NCBI GenBank assembly: GCA_044348005.1
Contig: JBIKTR010000004.1
Location: 66,980-130,979, forward strand
Source of the DNA: Vampirovibrionales bacterium
Lineage (GTDB): Bacteria; Cyanobacteriota; Vampirovibrionia; Vampirovibrionales; JAJTHC01
Length of the DNA stretch: 64,000 nt
Reading direction: 5' to 3'
How positions within the stretch are numbered: the stretch's first letter is position 1; each line of letters starts with the position of its first letter. The notes under the pieces were generated by a model, which saw only the letters and a program-made list of their open reading frames with translations, ran no database searches and was not told the origin of the DNA. Made by a program: the position numbers and the translations under genes. This document shows positions 25,504 through 35,698 of this stretch, in pieces.

Positions 25504-27408
25504 CTATTCTTCTAACAAAAACGAAACACTCGCCGTAAAATACCCTTCAGCATAAGACAACAGCAACGTCCCGTCCATGGCTTCGGTCAAGGCTTTGGCA
25601 ATAAATAACCCTAGCCCACTGCCACGACTACGACGCGTGAGGCCGGCGTCTAAACGGTGAAACTTTTCAAAAAGCTGTTTGAGTTGGGCTTCGCTGAGTT
25701 CTTCACTGGGGTTGGAAATATGCATGTAGAGCCGTTGCGCACGTTGTTCAAAGCACACGCGAATGGGGTCGCTTTCTTCAAGGCGATATTTGGCCGCGTT
25801 TTCAAGTAGGTTCACCAGCACTTGTTGCCAGCGGTCTTCATCCACAAAAAGCGTCCATTGTGCCAAGGCGTCGATGTTGGGGGGGTGAACGTCTAGGGCG
25901 TCTTGCACGGCTTCAGGGAGCAACGGCAACAGATGTTGCCAGAGGCTTTGAAGGGGTTGCGTTTCACAATACACACGCAGGCTATGATTTTCCAAATCGG
26001 GAATGACGAGTAAATCTTCCACCAAGCGATTGAGTCGCTTACACTGTTGCTTAATGGTGTGAAGCGATTGCACTTGTTGTTCTTCGCTTAGTGTGCTGCG
26101 ATGTTTAAGCAAGCGGTTGGTGTAGCCTTGAATGTTCATCAACGGCGTGCGAAGCTCGTGGCTGACGGTGTCAATTAACGTGGATTTTAACTCATCGAGC
26201 TTGGCCAGTTGCGTATTGGCTTCTTGAATCGTGGTGACTTGCTTTTCAAGCTGACGGCCCATGCGGTTGACTTCAGACGTTAAATAGCGAATTTCAAAGG
26301 GCGTCACCCAATTGATGATCAAGCGTATTTGCCGACCGTAATTGCCTTCCCCCATGGCCTTAATGCCCTTAATCAATTGGCGAAAGTTCCGCACAATGCC
26401 CAGCACATAGCCCAAGCCAATGAGGATGCTAATCAGTAAACTACCGCCAATGAGTCCGAAAATCTTGAGGCGCGCTTGCTTGAGAAAGTGTCGGTTCTGA
26501 TGCCAATCAGGCGACACGATCAACCACGTATTGAGTGGCTTGAGTTCCGCAAGAATATAATCTTTCCCCTCGTGACGAACGCCTTTCCAGCTTAATTCTT
26601 GGGTAAAAGGGTCTTTTAAAACAAGCTGACGTTCTTGGCGGAGCGCTTCTAAAACGGCTTGTGGGGGGGCTTTCGTTTCAAAAACAAGCTCACCCGATCG
26701 ATTTTCTTTAAGGTGTAAAATATCTAAACGACTTTCTGAACGACGTTCTACAAGGGTAGGCAAGGCCATCCACACGCCCGCCTTTTGCAGATGCACGAGA
26801 TCGTCTAAAATCGTATGCAGGCTGTTAAACGTGCGGACTTGTACCAACGCAAACCCTTGATTGAAAGGCAAACGGCTTTGCAACCACGCGGGTTCAAGTG
26901 TATTGCCTTGCCAAGCAGAAAGAAGTTGATACGCTTCTTGCGGTTTTGTTGAAGTTCCACACGCCCAGGTATTTAAGCCCTTGCGTTGATTCCTATTCGG
27001 CGGTACTTTGCTGGCCCATTGCAGAAGTTCTTGTGTTTTGGAGTTGCACACGCCCACGAACTGCAGATCGTCTTCAAAGCTCAATAAATGAGCCAAGCTC
27101 TGTTGATTTAAGCGTTTCGGGGTAAAGCGTCGTTCTTGAAAAAGACGCAACACACGTTGAGATTGTACCCTTTGAAAGGCCACTTCCTGCCAACTACTTT
27201 TAAGCGTCGCACGCAAGACGTCTTCTTCTGTGGCGGCGATTTGCTTGCGTAAGGCGCCGTCGTTAATGTCGTACAACCACACGCTTAGGCCCCCAAGCGG
27301 AATGGTGACAATCAACAAGACCAAAATAATAATCTGCTGATAAAAGCGAAAGCCCGTCGTCTTACGACGCAAGCCCCACGGCTTGGATTTCAAAAAAGCA
27401 AGTACCAT
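25504..27408 (-). CDS. Sensor histidine kinase (TM-HAMP-HisKA-HATPase)
   Basis: H-box SHELRTPL, N/G boxes LLENAAKY...GSGLGLFIAKAL. Confidence 0.85.
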   Translation of the reverse strand: MVLAFLKSKPWGLRRKTTGFRFYQQIIILVLLIVTIPLGGLSVWLYDINDGALRKQIAATEEDVLRATLKSSWQEVAFQRVQSQRVLRLFQERRFTPKRLNQQSLAHLLSFEDDLQFVGVCNSKTQELLQWASKVPPNRNQRKGLNTWACGTSTKPQEAYQLLSAWQGNTLEPAWLQSRLPFNQGFALVQVRTFNSLHTILDDLVHLQKAGVWMALPTLVERRSESRLDILHLKENRSGELVFETKAPPQAVLEALRQERQLVLKDPFTQELSWKGVRHEGKDYILAELKPLNTWLIVSPDWHQNRHFLKQARLKIFGLIGGSLLISILIGLGYVLGIVRNFRQLIKGIKAMGEGNYGRQIRLIINWVTPFEIRYLTSEVNRMGRQLEKQVTTIQEANTQLAKLDELKSTLIDTVSHELRTPLMNIQGYTNRLLKHRSTLSEEQQVQSLHTIKQQCKRLNRLVEDLLVIPDLENHSLRVYCETQPLQSLWQHLLPLLPEAVQDALDVHPPNIDALAQWTLFVDEDRWQQVLVNLLENAAKYRLEESDPIRVCFEQRAQRLYMHISNPSEELSEAQLKQLFEKFHRLDAGLTRRSRGSGLGLFIAKALTEAMDGTLLLSYAEGYFTASVSFLLEE

Positions 27409-28170
27409 TTAGTCCTGACTTTCTTCAATGTTTAAGCGGTAGCCCACGTTATTGACGGTTTGAATCAAGGTGGGGTGCTTGGCATCTAGCTCCACTTTTT
27501 GACGCAAGCCCCCGACATGCACACGCACCGTGCGCACGTCATCACTCGCGTCATAGCCCCAGACTTCTTGTAAGAGCGTCGACAAAGAAACGGCTTCATT
27601 GGCATGTTGCACCAAGCAATACAAAATCTCAAATTCGGTCGGCGTTAGCCGAATCATCTGCCCATGGCAAAACACTTCCAGTGACTTAGGCAATAGCCGT
27701 AAATCGCCAATGGCCAAGCGTTCTTGTGCGGTGGCTTCAGTACTTTGGGTGGGGCTTACGGGGGTTTTGCCTTGTAAATCCGCCAGCTTGCCTGAACGAC
27801 GGAATAAGGCGCGCATTCGCACCATGAGCTCTTGCAGTTCAAAGGGTTTGACGAGGTAATCGTCCGCCCCAGCGTGAAAGCCCTTGACTTTGTCTTCCAA
27901 CTGGCTTTTGGCGGTGAGCAAAATAATCGGCAAGCTTTCCCGATGCGTAAGCTCTCGCACATGCTTGCACAAGGCGTACCCGTCTAACTTGGGCATCATT
28001 ACATCGACCAAGGCAATATCCAGTGGGGTAGGGCCTTGCAGGAACTTGAGGGCATCCATGCCGTTTTTGGAGGTATGGACTTCAAAGCCCATGAGTTCAA
28101 AGTCCATTTGCAGGAGCGAAAGAATATCGGGATCATCATCCACAATCAATAAGCGAACGGGGCTTGCCAT
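27409..28170 (-). CDS. OmpR-family response regulator
   Basis: REC domain LLIVDDDPDI..D56-like..KPF; winged-helix C-terminus VRVHVGGLRQKV; directly upstream of the kinase. Confidence 0.9.
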   Translation of the reverse strand: MASPVRLLIVDDDPDILSLLQMDFELMGFEVHTSKNGMDALKFLQGPTPLDIALVDVMMPKLDGYALCKHVRELTHRESLPIILLTAKSQLEDKVKGFHAGADDYLVKPFELQELMVRMRALFRRSGKLADLQGKTPVSPTQSTEATAQERLAIGDLRLLPKSLEVFCHGQMIRLTPTEFEILYCLVQHANEAVSLSTLLQEVWGYDASDDVRTVRVHVGGLRQKVELDAKHPTLIQTVNNVGYRLNIEESQD

Positions 28171-28241
28171 AAACGTTTCCTTTGCACGCGTAGTTGCATC
28201 TGCCTGTATTTATTATAAACTGATGAAAGAAATTATGAAAG

Positions 28242-28676
28242 ATGAAGGATGCCACCTACTTGCCTGAATCACGACTTCACGCCTTACGAGGAGCCACCAC
28301 CCTACCCGAAGACACCGCTGAAGCCATGGACATTGAAGTGAGCCGTCTGCTAGAAGCCATGGTGTCTCAAAACCACATTAAACCTAGCGATATTGTCAGC
28401 GTACTATTTAGCTTGACGCCTGATTTGCATAGTGCTAGCCCAGCGAAAGTCGCTCGTCGCGCCTTGCCGTGGCAGGATGTTGCCCTTTTTTCCGGCCTAG
28501 AACCCGAGATTGAAGGCCAGCCCCCCAAGGCCGTTCGTGTGATGATTCACTTTTATAGCACCAAAACCCAAGCCCAACTCAAGCATGTGTACTTAAACGA
28601 AGCCCGCCACTTGCGCCCTGATCGCGTGGTGAATCCCTATTCGTATGCAGGCTCTGCGCTTGGGTTGATGCCTTAA
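28242..28676 (+). CDS. aroH: AroH-type chorismate mutase
   Basis: LRGATT...TPDLHSASPAK..VRVM pattern matches B. subtilis-type AroH. Confidence 0.8.
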   Translation: MKDATYLPESRLHALRGATTLPEDTAEAMDIEVSRLLEAMVSQNHIKPSDIVSVLFSLTPDLHSASPAKVARRALPWQDVALFSGLEPEIEGQPPKAVRVMIHFYSTKTQAQLKHVYLNEARHLRPDRVVNPYSYAGSALGLMP

Positions 28677-30598
28677 TACTTCGTCATCAAAGGACGTGGG
28701 GGCGTGAGCGTGAAGCTGTAGTAGTCGTCCGCAAAACGCTTCCACACGGCCACACAATACGCACTGCCCAACCCCTTTAACGGCACATTCTGCGGATGCC
28801 CCAGCCAAATCGTCGCCACAAAATCCCGCGTATAGCCTGAAAACCAAATGTCTCGGGTTTGATCGGTCGTGCCTGTTTTGCCCGCTACATCCCGATTGTG
28901 GAGTCGCGCTTTTTGGCCCGTGCCAGAATCGACCACCGTCTTTAACGCCGCATTGATCATCGCCACAGAACGCGCGTCCAAGTGACGCTTGGGCGCTTGC
29001 ACCTTTCGAAAAATCTCTTTACCGCTGGGGTCTTGAATCCGCAAAATGGCTTGAGGCGTTCGGTACATTCCCCCACGCGCAAAGGTGCTATAAGCGTTGG
29101 CCAGTTCCAACACGGAAACGCCTGAAGCCCCCAGTAAGCTCGCGAAATTAGGCGCAATGTCCGATTGAATCCCGGCCAAGCGAGCCGTTTCAATAATGGC
29201 CTTCAAACCCACCATTTGCCCCACCTGCACGGTTGTGGTGTTTCGGCTTTGCGCCAAGGCTTGGCGAATGTTCATACGGCCTTTAAAAACGCCGTCGTAA
29301 TTCTTGGGCTTCCAATAGCCATAGCCTGTATTAAACGAAATGGGTTTGTCGTAAATCGTGGAATCGGGCGAGATTTTACCGAGTCGAAAGCCAGTTAAAT
29401 ACACAAACGGCTTAAACGTAGACCCCGGTGAACGCCGAGCCATGGTGGCATTGTTAAATTGCGAATGATTAAAGTCTTTGCCCCCGACCATGCCGAGAAT
29501 CTGGTCTTCATCCACATTTAAAACAATCATCGCCCCTTCTTTCAGGTTTGATGAGGGCGGAGCCTTTTCAAACGCCACCTTCATCGACGCTTCTGCCGCC
29601 GACTGCGCGCGTTGATCCAGCGTGGTTGTAACCATCAACCCCCCTCGCCGAACGACGTCTTCACCAAAGGCGTCAATCATTTCTTGTCTTACATGGTTCA
29701 CAAAAAACGGGTAGCGATACTGCGTTTTAATACGATCGTAAAGCAAGGGTTCGCTTAGGGCTTGTTCGTGCTGTTCTGGGGTAATAAAGCCGTGGTCTTC
29801 CATGGCATTCAATACCAGTAACTGTCGTTCTTTTGCCGCTTGGGGAAAGACATAAGGGTTCAGCCCTTCAGGGGCTTTTAACAGGCCCGCCATTAAAGCA
29901 GCTTGCGCCAAACTTAATTCTTCCGCCGGTTTATTGAAGTATCGTTTGGCGGCTTTTTCAGCGCCATAGGCTTGATTGCCCCAATACACCACGTTTAAAT
30001 AAAGTTCTAAGATTTTGTCTTTACTATACAATTTTTCAATCCGTGTGGCGAGCAGGGCTTCAGCCAGTTTTCGCCCTAAGGAACGTTCTGAAGACAAGTA
30101 GAGATTCTTAATCAACTGCTGAGTTATGGTGGAACCGCCTTGCACTTCACCGCCTTTTATATTGCTGATGATGGCGCGCAAGGTGCCTTTACTGTCTACC
30201 CCTTGGTGATGATAAAAGCGGTTGTCTTCAATGGCCATAATCGCGCGAGGCAGGTAGGGAGAAATATGCGCAAGGTTTTTCACGGTACGGTCTTCATCGC
30301 CACTAATGTTGGCAATCAGCGTTCCGTTTCGATCCAAAATCTGCGTCGATTCTGACGGGTGCCATTCATCCAACAGGCTCAAATTCGGGAGCTTTTTAAG
30401 GCTATTTGAAATAACAAAGCCCAAGTTCACACTCACTAAAAACAGCACCATAATCATAATGCCCATGCCCCCCATCATCACAAAAAGCCCCCATCGGTTT
30501 TGCGTGACTTCTTGCTTCATCGGCACATCAACCGGCAGTTCCTGCGTGTAGGGCGAAACGGCATTATTAGACTGGTACGAAGGCTCTTCAGTATTCAC
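28673..30598 (-). CDS. Class A penicillin-binding protein (transglycosylase plus transpeptidase)
   Basis: GT51 motifs (EDNRFYHHQGVD, RKLAEALLATRIE); transpeptidase STFK, SRN, KTGT. Confidence 0.9.
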   Translation of the reverse strand: MNTEEPSYQSNNAVSPYTQELPVDVPMKQEVTQNRWGLFVMMGGMGIMIMVLFLVSVNLGFVISNSLKKLPNLSLLDEWHPSESTQILDRNGTLIANISGDEDRTVKNLAHISPYLPRAIMAIEDNRFYHHQGVDSKGTLRAIISNIKGGEVQGGSTITQQLIKNLYLSSERSLGRKLAEALLATRIEKLYSKDKILELYLNVVYWGNQAYGAEKAAKRYFNKPAEELSLAQAALMAGLLKAPEGLNPYVFPQAAKERQLLVLNAMEDHGFITPEQHEQALSEPLLYDRIKTQYRYPFFVNHVRQEMIDAFGEDVVRRGGLMVTTTLDQRAQSAAEASMKVAFEKAPPSSNLKEGAMIVLNVDEDQILGMVGGKDFNHSQFNNATMARRSPGSTFKPFVYLTGFRLGKISPDSTIYDKPISFNTGYGYWKPKNYDGVFKGRMNIRQALAQSRNTTTVQVGQMVGLKAIIETARLAGIQSDIAPNFASLLGASGVSVLELANAYSTFARGGMYRTPQAILRIQDPSGKEIFRKVQAPKRHLDARSVAMINAALKTVVDSGTGQKARLHNRDVAGKTGTTDQTRDIWFSGYTRDFVATIWLGHPQNVPLKGLGSAYCVAVWKRFADDYYSFTLTPPRPLMTKY

Positions 30599-30602
30599 GG
30601 GA

Positions 30603-31421
30603 CTATCCTAAGCTGATGTGTTCAGGGAGTTGGATAATTTCAAAAATAGGTTCGACGCTCAAGCATTGACCGCTTTCCGCTTCGATCACAAAGCGTACGG
30701 CGTTAATCTGAATCTGCGGACTTTTGGCCACTTCCATTTTCACCCAGCCGAGTTCAGTCATGCGTCGTTGAGCTGCCAAGGGTTCCATGCCAATCACGCT
30801 TTCATAGGTGCCGTTCATCCCAGCATCGGTGATGAAGCCCGTGCGCTCATGCAAAATGCGAGCATCGTTGGTTTGCACATGGGTATGCGTGCCGACTACG
30901 GCGGACGCTCCCAATTGCGACGCATAACGCGCCAAGGCGCCTTTTTCGGCGGTGGCTTCGGCGTGAATGTCCACAAACACAATCGGGGTAACGTTTAAGA
31001 GCTGGGGCAATTCGGCGTCTAACACTTCCCAAGGCGAGTTGTAATTCGCCATAAAGACCTGCCCCAACACGTTTAGAACCCCCACCTTCTGGCCCTCAAC
31101 ATCCACAATACGGGCGCCTCGCCCCGGCACATGACGCCCTGCGATGTTGGCGGGTCTCACCAGGCGTTCGGCGTTGTTCATAAACTCGAACGATTCTTTG
31201 CGATCGAAGGTGTGATTGCCCCCTGTGAGGGCATGAAAACCGTGACCGATCATGTCTTGGTAATGTTTTTCAGAAGTGCCAGCGCCATGGGTGATATTTT
31301 CGGCATTGGCAATGAGCATATCAGGCTTGCGTTTGAGGTGATGTTCCAAAAAATAGTAGACGCCTTCACGCCCCGGTTTACCGATCACGTCTCCGAAAAA
31401 GAGGATTTCAAATGTAGACAT
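30603..31421 (-). CDS. YmdB-like metallophosphoesterase (TIGR00282)
   Basis: ILFFGDVIGKPGR and GNHTFD calcineurin-like motifs; start set at MSTFEIL (ORF extends to 31535); 5 bp upstream of the PBP gene. Confidence 0.75.
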   Translation of the reverse strand: MSTFEILFFGDVIGKPGREGVYYFLEHHLKRKPDMLIANAENITHGAGTSEKHYQDMIGHGFHALTGGNHTFDRKESFEFMNNAERLVRPANIAGRHVPGRGARIVDVEGQKVGVLNVLGQVFMANYNSPWEVLDAELPQLLNVTPIVFVDIHAEATAEKGALARYASQLGASAVVGTHTHVQTNDARILHERTGFITDAGMNGTYESVIGMEPLAAQRRMTELGWVKMEVAKSPQIQINAVRFVIEAESGQCLSVEPIFEIIQLPEHISLG

Positions 31422-31571
31422 CCACGACTCACTTTCTATAGCTTTCTTAGGATTATCCCTTAAACAGGCGTTTACTTCAAGTGGGTGTGTGAGCTCTTTT
31501 CCAGAGCGGAGCCTTTGTGCTAGAATAAGGGGCATACATGGGCGAATGACGCCACAAACAAGAAGGAAATA

Positions 31572-32735
31572 ATGGCAATGACCAGCTATACAACGCTAGA
31601 GGTGGAAAACTTCAAGGGCATCCGTAAGATGAAACTTGAGGGCTTGGGCATGGTGAATGTGTTTGTGGGGGGCAACAACGTCGGCAAGACCTCCGTTTTG
31701 CAGGCGTTGAATATACATTTTAATAACTCTCAAAATAGACATAATGAGGTTGTGGAAAATTTGAAAGGTCATTTTTACGATGGTGTATTAACCCATTTAA
31801 TTGACGAATTAAATCCTGTTAATAATTTTTATAAGACTCTTACGGATAATGTAAAAATACAGATTGAGACGGATTTAGACTGTAGCTTCATAAGTGCGAG
31901 ATTCGATTCAAGCAGTGCAAGCCCTAGTATTGAAATAGAACCATCAATCGAGTTGTCTTATTCCCAAAAAGGAGTATTATGTAACACTCATAGAACTCCA
32001 TCAATAATCACGATCTTAGTAGATAGTTTGGAAGAAATAAAAACAAGAAAAGTTAGTAATATACTCGAAGTTTATCGTAACTTTAATAAACAATCTCATT
32101 ATATTGGAAGCAAAGCTGATGTTACAAAATTTTCAGAACATCTGTTTCAAACTTATATTGAAAATAAGCAAAAGAACAAGGTTATTACTTTATTGCAAAA
32201 ATCAATTCAACCTAACCTTATTGATATCGTGTATGCACCTGCAAGTAAGCTACTATGTGAGTTGAGTGATTATCCTAAGATGATTCCCTTAGACGTCATG
32301 GGTGACGGTTTTGTTAAGCTGTTGGGTTTGGCTTGTCTAATAGGTATACCTAAAAATATTTTCCTTGTTGACGAACTTGAAAACGGGTTTCATTACAGCG
32401 TCCAAGAAGACATGTGGCGGATGATCCTCACCGCGGCGAAAGAAGACGGTACGCAGTTCTTCTTCACCACCCACAGCTACGAGGTGCTGGAATCGTTGAA
32501 CGCCATGACGCAGAAAATCACCGCTGAATGGGAACAAGAAAAAGCTGAAGGCTATCAAGACGGCAAACTCCTTGTCGGTGAAAACAAAACGCCTATGGAA
32601 CCTGTCTGTGTGTTTGAACTTGAAAAAAGTACAGATGATGTGGTGACATACAAAAGATTTGCAGGAAAATCTTTAAATGGGGCAATAAAGCGTCACATGG
32701 AATTAAGAGGGAAAGGTGCAAATGCTCATGGCTAA
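31572..32735 (+). CDS. AAA15/ABC-type ATPase of a predicted two-gene defence module (AriA/OLD-ATPase-like)
   Basis: Walker A GGNNVGKTS, signature-like MGDGFVKLL, Walker B IFLVDELENGFH, H-loop FFTTHS; AT-rich (~35% GC); 3' end overlaps the next gene by 20 nt. Confidence 0.75.
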   Translation: MAMTSYTTLEVENFKGIRKMKLEGLGMVNVFVGGNNVGKTSVLQALNIHFNNSQNRHNEVVENLKGHFYDGVLTHLIDELNPVNNFYKTLTDNVKIQIETDLDCSFISARFDSSSASPSIEIEPSIELSYSQKGVLCNTHRTPSIITILVDSLEEIKTRKVSNILEVYRNFNKQSHYIGSKADVTKFSEHLFQTYIENKQKNKVITLLQKSIQPNLIDIVYAPASKLLCELSDYPKMIPLDVMGDGFVKLLGLACLIGIPKNIFLVDELENGFHYSVQEDMWRMILTAAKEDGTQFFFTTHSYEVLESLNAMTQKITAEWEQEKAEGYQDGKLLVGENKTPMEPVCVFELEKSTDDVVTYKRFAGKSLNGAIKRHMELRGKGANAHG

Positions 32736-33555
32736 TCCTTCCGTTTTAATCATTGTCGAAGGTGAGACAGATAAAGAATGTATCCGTAAAATTTTCGACT
32801 TCAATAAAGAAGACGCTGAAATCCACGCTTTATCTGACTATATACCGTTTGACGAAAACTTGTGTCAATACGAACATACAGGTGGATTCAACCATTTAAA
32901 AGACACTTTGGAAAAACGATTGCTTAGTGACATACTGCCACTTCTTGATGCGGAATGTCTTAAAGCGATTGTTTTAATTGTAGACGGCGATAATGAACCT
33001 ATCTCTAAGCGTCTTCAAGATATTCAAAAGGCTTTTAGTTCCATAAAAGAATTCCAAGAGACAGGACTTATCCCTGATTTTACAGAAAAAGACTGTAATT
33101 CTTTTAGACCTTTAACGATACAGACAAACTCCAAAAAATATCCTTTAGAATTTGGAATCTATATTTTTCAGGATTCAACATATCAAGATTTGGAATCTTT
33201 TTTATTCGCTACAGCAAAAACAAAGAAGCCTACACATCATAAGATCGTGGCTAAGTTTAGAGAAACGTTAAAAAAAGAACTCGTTGATTCAGAGGGGCAG
33301 TATATTGGTCCGAAATATAAAAACGCAGAAGGTAAACATAACGGTTCTTTAAATAAAGCCATTTACCAGATTTATTTACATACCCAACAAGAGCTAGATG
33401 GCTATAGGCGTAATATAGATAAACGACTCGACAAATTTTTTGATTTTTCATTTACAGGGATTGATCAAACCTCACCCATGTGGAACATAAAGAATTGCTA
33501 TGAAGACTTGAAACGCATCATAAATCAAGACGTTACGGCAAAAGAGAGTCCTTAA
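32716..33555 (+). CDS. Standalone TOPRIM-like protein (DUF4435/RloB-like; AriB-like nuclease partner)
   Basis: LIIVEGETDK (TOPRIM Glu) and LIVDGDNEP (DxD) motifs; translationally coupled to the upstream ATPase; AT-rich. Confidence 0.6.
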   Translation: MQMLMANPSVLIIVEGETDKECIRKIFDFNKEDAEIHALSDYIPFDENLCQYEHTGGFNHLKDTLEKRLLSDILPLLDAECLKAIVLIVDGDNEPISKRLQDIQKAFSSIKEFQETGLIPDFTEKDCNSFRPLTIQTNSKKYPLEFGIYIFQDSTYQDLESFLFATAKTKKPTHHKIVAKFRETLKKELVDSEGQYIGPKYKNAEGKHNGSLNKAIYQIYLHTQQELDGYRRNIDKRLDKFFDFSFTGIDQTSPMWNIKNCYEDLKRIINQDVTAKESP

Positions 33556-33640
33556 AGCGTCCCAATAATCGAGGGGTTTAGGCATTCGGCAGGGCGTTGA
33601 AAAGGCGTCATCCTGAAAAAGTAGTAGGCTAGCTTCCTAT

Positions 33641-33668
33641 CCCCCCCTCCTAAAATCAGGAGGGGGGG
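33641..33668 (+). terminator. Hairpin cccccctcct-aaaatc-aggagggggg downstream of the ATPase/TOPRIM pair
   Basis: 10-bp GC-rich perfect stem 85 nt after the stop. Confidence 0.4.
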
Positions 33669-33700
33669 ACAAGAACAATAATCGTGCTATACTCAAGGGT

Positions 33701-35563
33701 ATGCAAACACTCATCCAACACTTTGAAAAACAGTGGGCGAAAGTCCTCGTCTACCTGTCGATATTCGGCTTGCTTCTGCACGGCGTTTTCATCTTCGCCT
33801 CCCCAACCCACGCCCAAATCCCCCTCATCGCCCTGCTTTGGGTCGGTGCCGTCCCGCTGACGATAGAAGCCCTCATCAAGCTCTACCAAAAAGACTTCGG
33901 GGCGGATCTGCTCGCTGTTCTCGCCATGCTCACCAGCCTAGTCATGCACGAATACCTCGCAGGCGGACTCATCGTGCTGATGCTCGCAGGCGGTCAAAGC
34001 TTGGAACAATACGCCCTTAAAAAAGCGTCTTCGGTGCTTGAAGCGCTGGCTAAACGCATGCCCAATACGGCGCATCGTCAAGAAGGGGGCGAGATTGTGG
34101 AAGTCCCCCTCGACGACATCAAAGTCGGGGATTTACTAGTGATTTTCCCCCACGAAACCGCCCCCGTCGACGGCATCGTGCGTGAAGGCAACGGCACCAT
34201 GGATGAATCCTACCTCACAGGCGAACCCTATCAGGTTTCCAAAGCACCAGGCTCTTCGATTTTGTCGGGAGCGATTAACGGCAACGCCGTTTTGGTGATC
34301 GAAGCGGAAAGGCCTGTGGCCGATTCTCGTTACGCCACGATTATGCAAGTCATGCAAGACGCCGAAGCCAAACGTCCCAACCTTCGACGTTTAGGCGATC
34401 AAATCGGGGCCATTTTCACGCCAATTGCGTTAGCAATTGCCCTTGTCGCATGGGGCTTAACAGGCGATGCCACACGCTTTTTGTCCGTTTTGATGATTGC
34501 CACGCCCTGCCCCTTGCTCATTGCGATTCCCATTACCATTATTAGTGCGATTTCTCTGGCTGCCAAGCACGGCATCATCATCCGAGACCCTGGCATTCTC
34601 GAGCGTTTACCGACCTGTCGCACCGCCATTTTCGACAAAACAGGCACGCTCACTTATGGTAAACCGACTTTAACCGAAATCATCCCCAGTACGCCTTTTA
34701 CTCGCCGAGAACTGCTGCAAGCGGCGGGCAGTTTGGAGCGTTATTCTAAGCATCCGCTAGCCAACGCCTTGATTGAAGCCGCCACCGAAGAGCATTTGGT
34801 GTTGCCTCAAGCCAGCGAAGTGTCTGAAAAACCGGGGCAAGGGTTATTTGGCGTCATTAACGGCAGGGGCTGGCATATCACGAGTCGCCAAAAAATTGGC
34901 CAAAACTGGTCGCAGTTGCTCCCACAATTGCCTCAAAGCACCGTGGGTTTGGAGTGCATCTTGCTTTGTAATAACCAACTGGCTGGCGTTTTTCGTTTGC
35001 GGGATGAGGCACGCTCCGAAGGCAAGTCTTTTATCGGGCATTTGGCACCAGCGCATCAGTTGAACAAGGTCATCTTGCTTTCAGGGGACAGAGCCTCTGA
35101 AGTGGCGTATTTGGCGGATGTCTTGGGGATTGAAGAGACCTTTGCCGAACAGTCTCCCGAACAAAAGGTGGATATTGTTCGAAAAGAAACGGCGTTGGCC
35201 CCCACCTTGTTTATGGGCGACGGCATCAATGATGCGCCCGCCTTAGCCACAGCCACGGTGGGCTTGGCCTTTGGTCAACAAAACAATGTGACCAGTGAAG
35301 CGGCGGGGGCGGTTATTTTAGAAAACACCTTACACAAGGTGGATGAACTCTTACACATTAGTTTGTCGCTACGAAGTATTGCGTTGCAAAGTGCGGTGGG
35401 TGGAATGGTGTTAAGTGTGGTGGGTATGGCACTCGCGGCGATGGGGTACATCTCGCCTGTGCAGGGGGCGTTGGCTCAAGAAGCGATTGATATTTTAGCC
35501 ATTGCCAATGCCTTGCGTCTGGCGTGGCAACCGAATATCGCGACAGACATGCACAGTCATTAA
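33701..35563 (+). CDS. P-type ATPase, probably P1B heavy-metal transporter lacking an N-terminal metal-binding domain
   Basis: DKTGTLT phosphorylation site, GDGINDAPAL hinge, TGEP, and a PCP-type motif (ATPCPLL) in the TM helix. Confidence 0.8.
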   Translation: MQTLIQHFEKQWAKVLVYLSIFGLLLHGVFIFASPTHAQIPLIALLWVGAVPLTIEALIKLYQKDFGADLLAVLAMLTSLVMHEYLAGGLIVLMLAGGQSLEQYALKKASSVLEALAKRMPNTAHRQEGGEIVEVPLDDIKVGDLLVIFPHETAPVDGIVREGNGTMDESYLTGEPYQVSKAPGSSILSGAINGNAVLVIEAERPVADSRYATIMQVMQDAEAKRPNLRRLGDQIGAIFTPIALAIALVAWGLTGDATRFLSVLMIATPCPLLIAIPITIISAISLAAKHGIIIRDPGILERLPTCRTAIFDKTGTLTYGKPTLTEIIPSTPFTRRELLQAAGSLERYSKHPLANALIEAATEEHLVLPQASEVSEKPGQGLFGVINGRGWHITSRQKIGQNWSQLLPQLPQSTVGLECILLCNNQLAGVFRLRDEARSEGKSFIGHLAPAHQLNKVILLSGDRASEVAYLADVLGIEETFAEQSPEQKVDIVRKETALAPTLFMGDGINDAPALATATVGLAFGQQNNVTSEAAGAVILENTLHKVDELLHISLSLRSIALQSAVGGMVLSVVGMALAAMGYISPVQGALAQEAIDILAIANALRLAWQPNIATDMHSH

Positions 35564-35698
35564 CGTATTTTTTGAAAAAAGTATTGACAAATTGTATCTA
35601 GTTTGTCATAATCAGTATACATACCTTACCTGGTCGGTAAGGCGGCCTAGTTGGAAACTCTAGGCCTCTTTTATTTTTTGGATGTTTTGGGGATCGTG

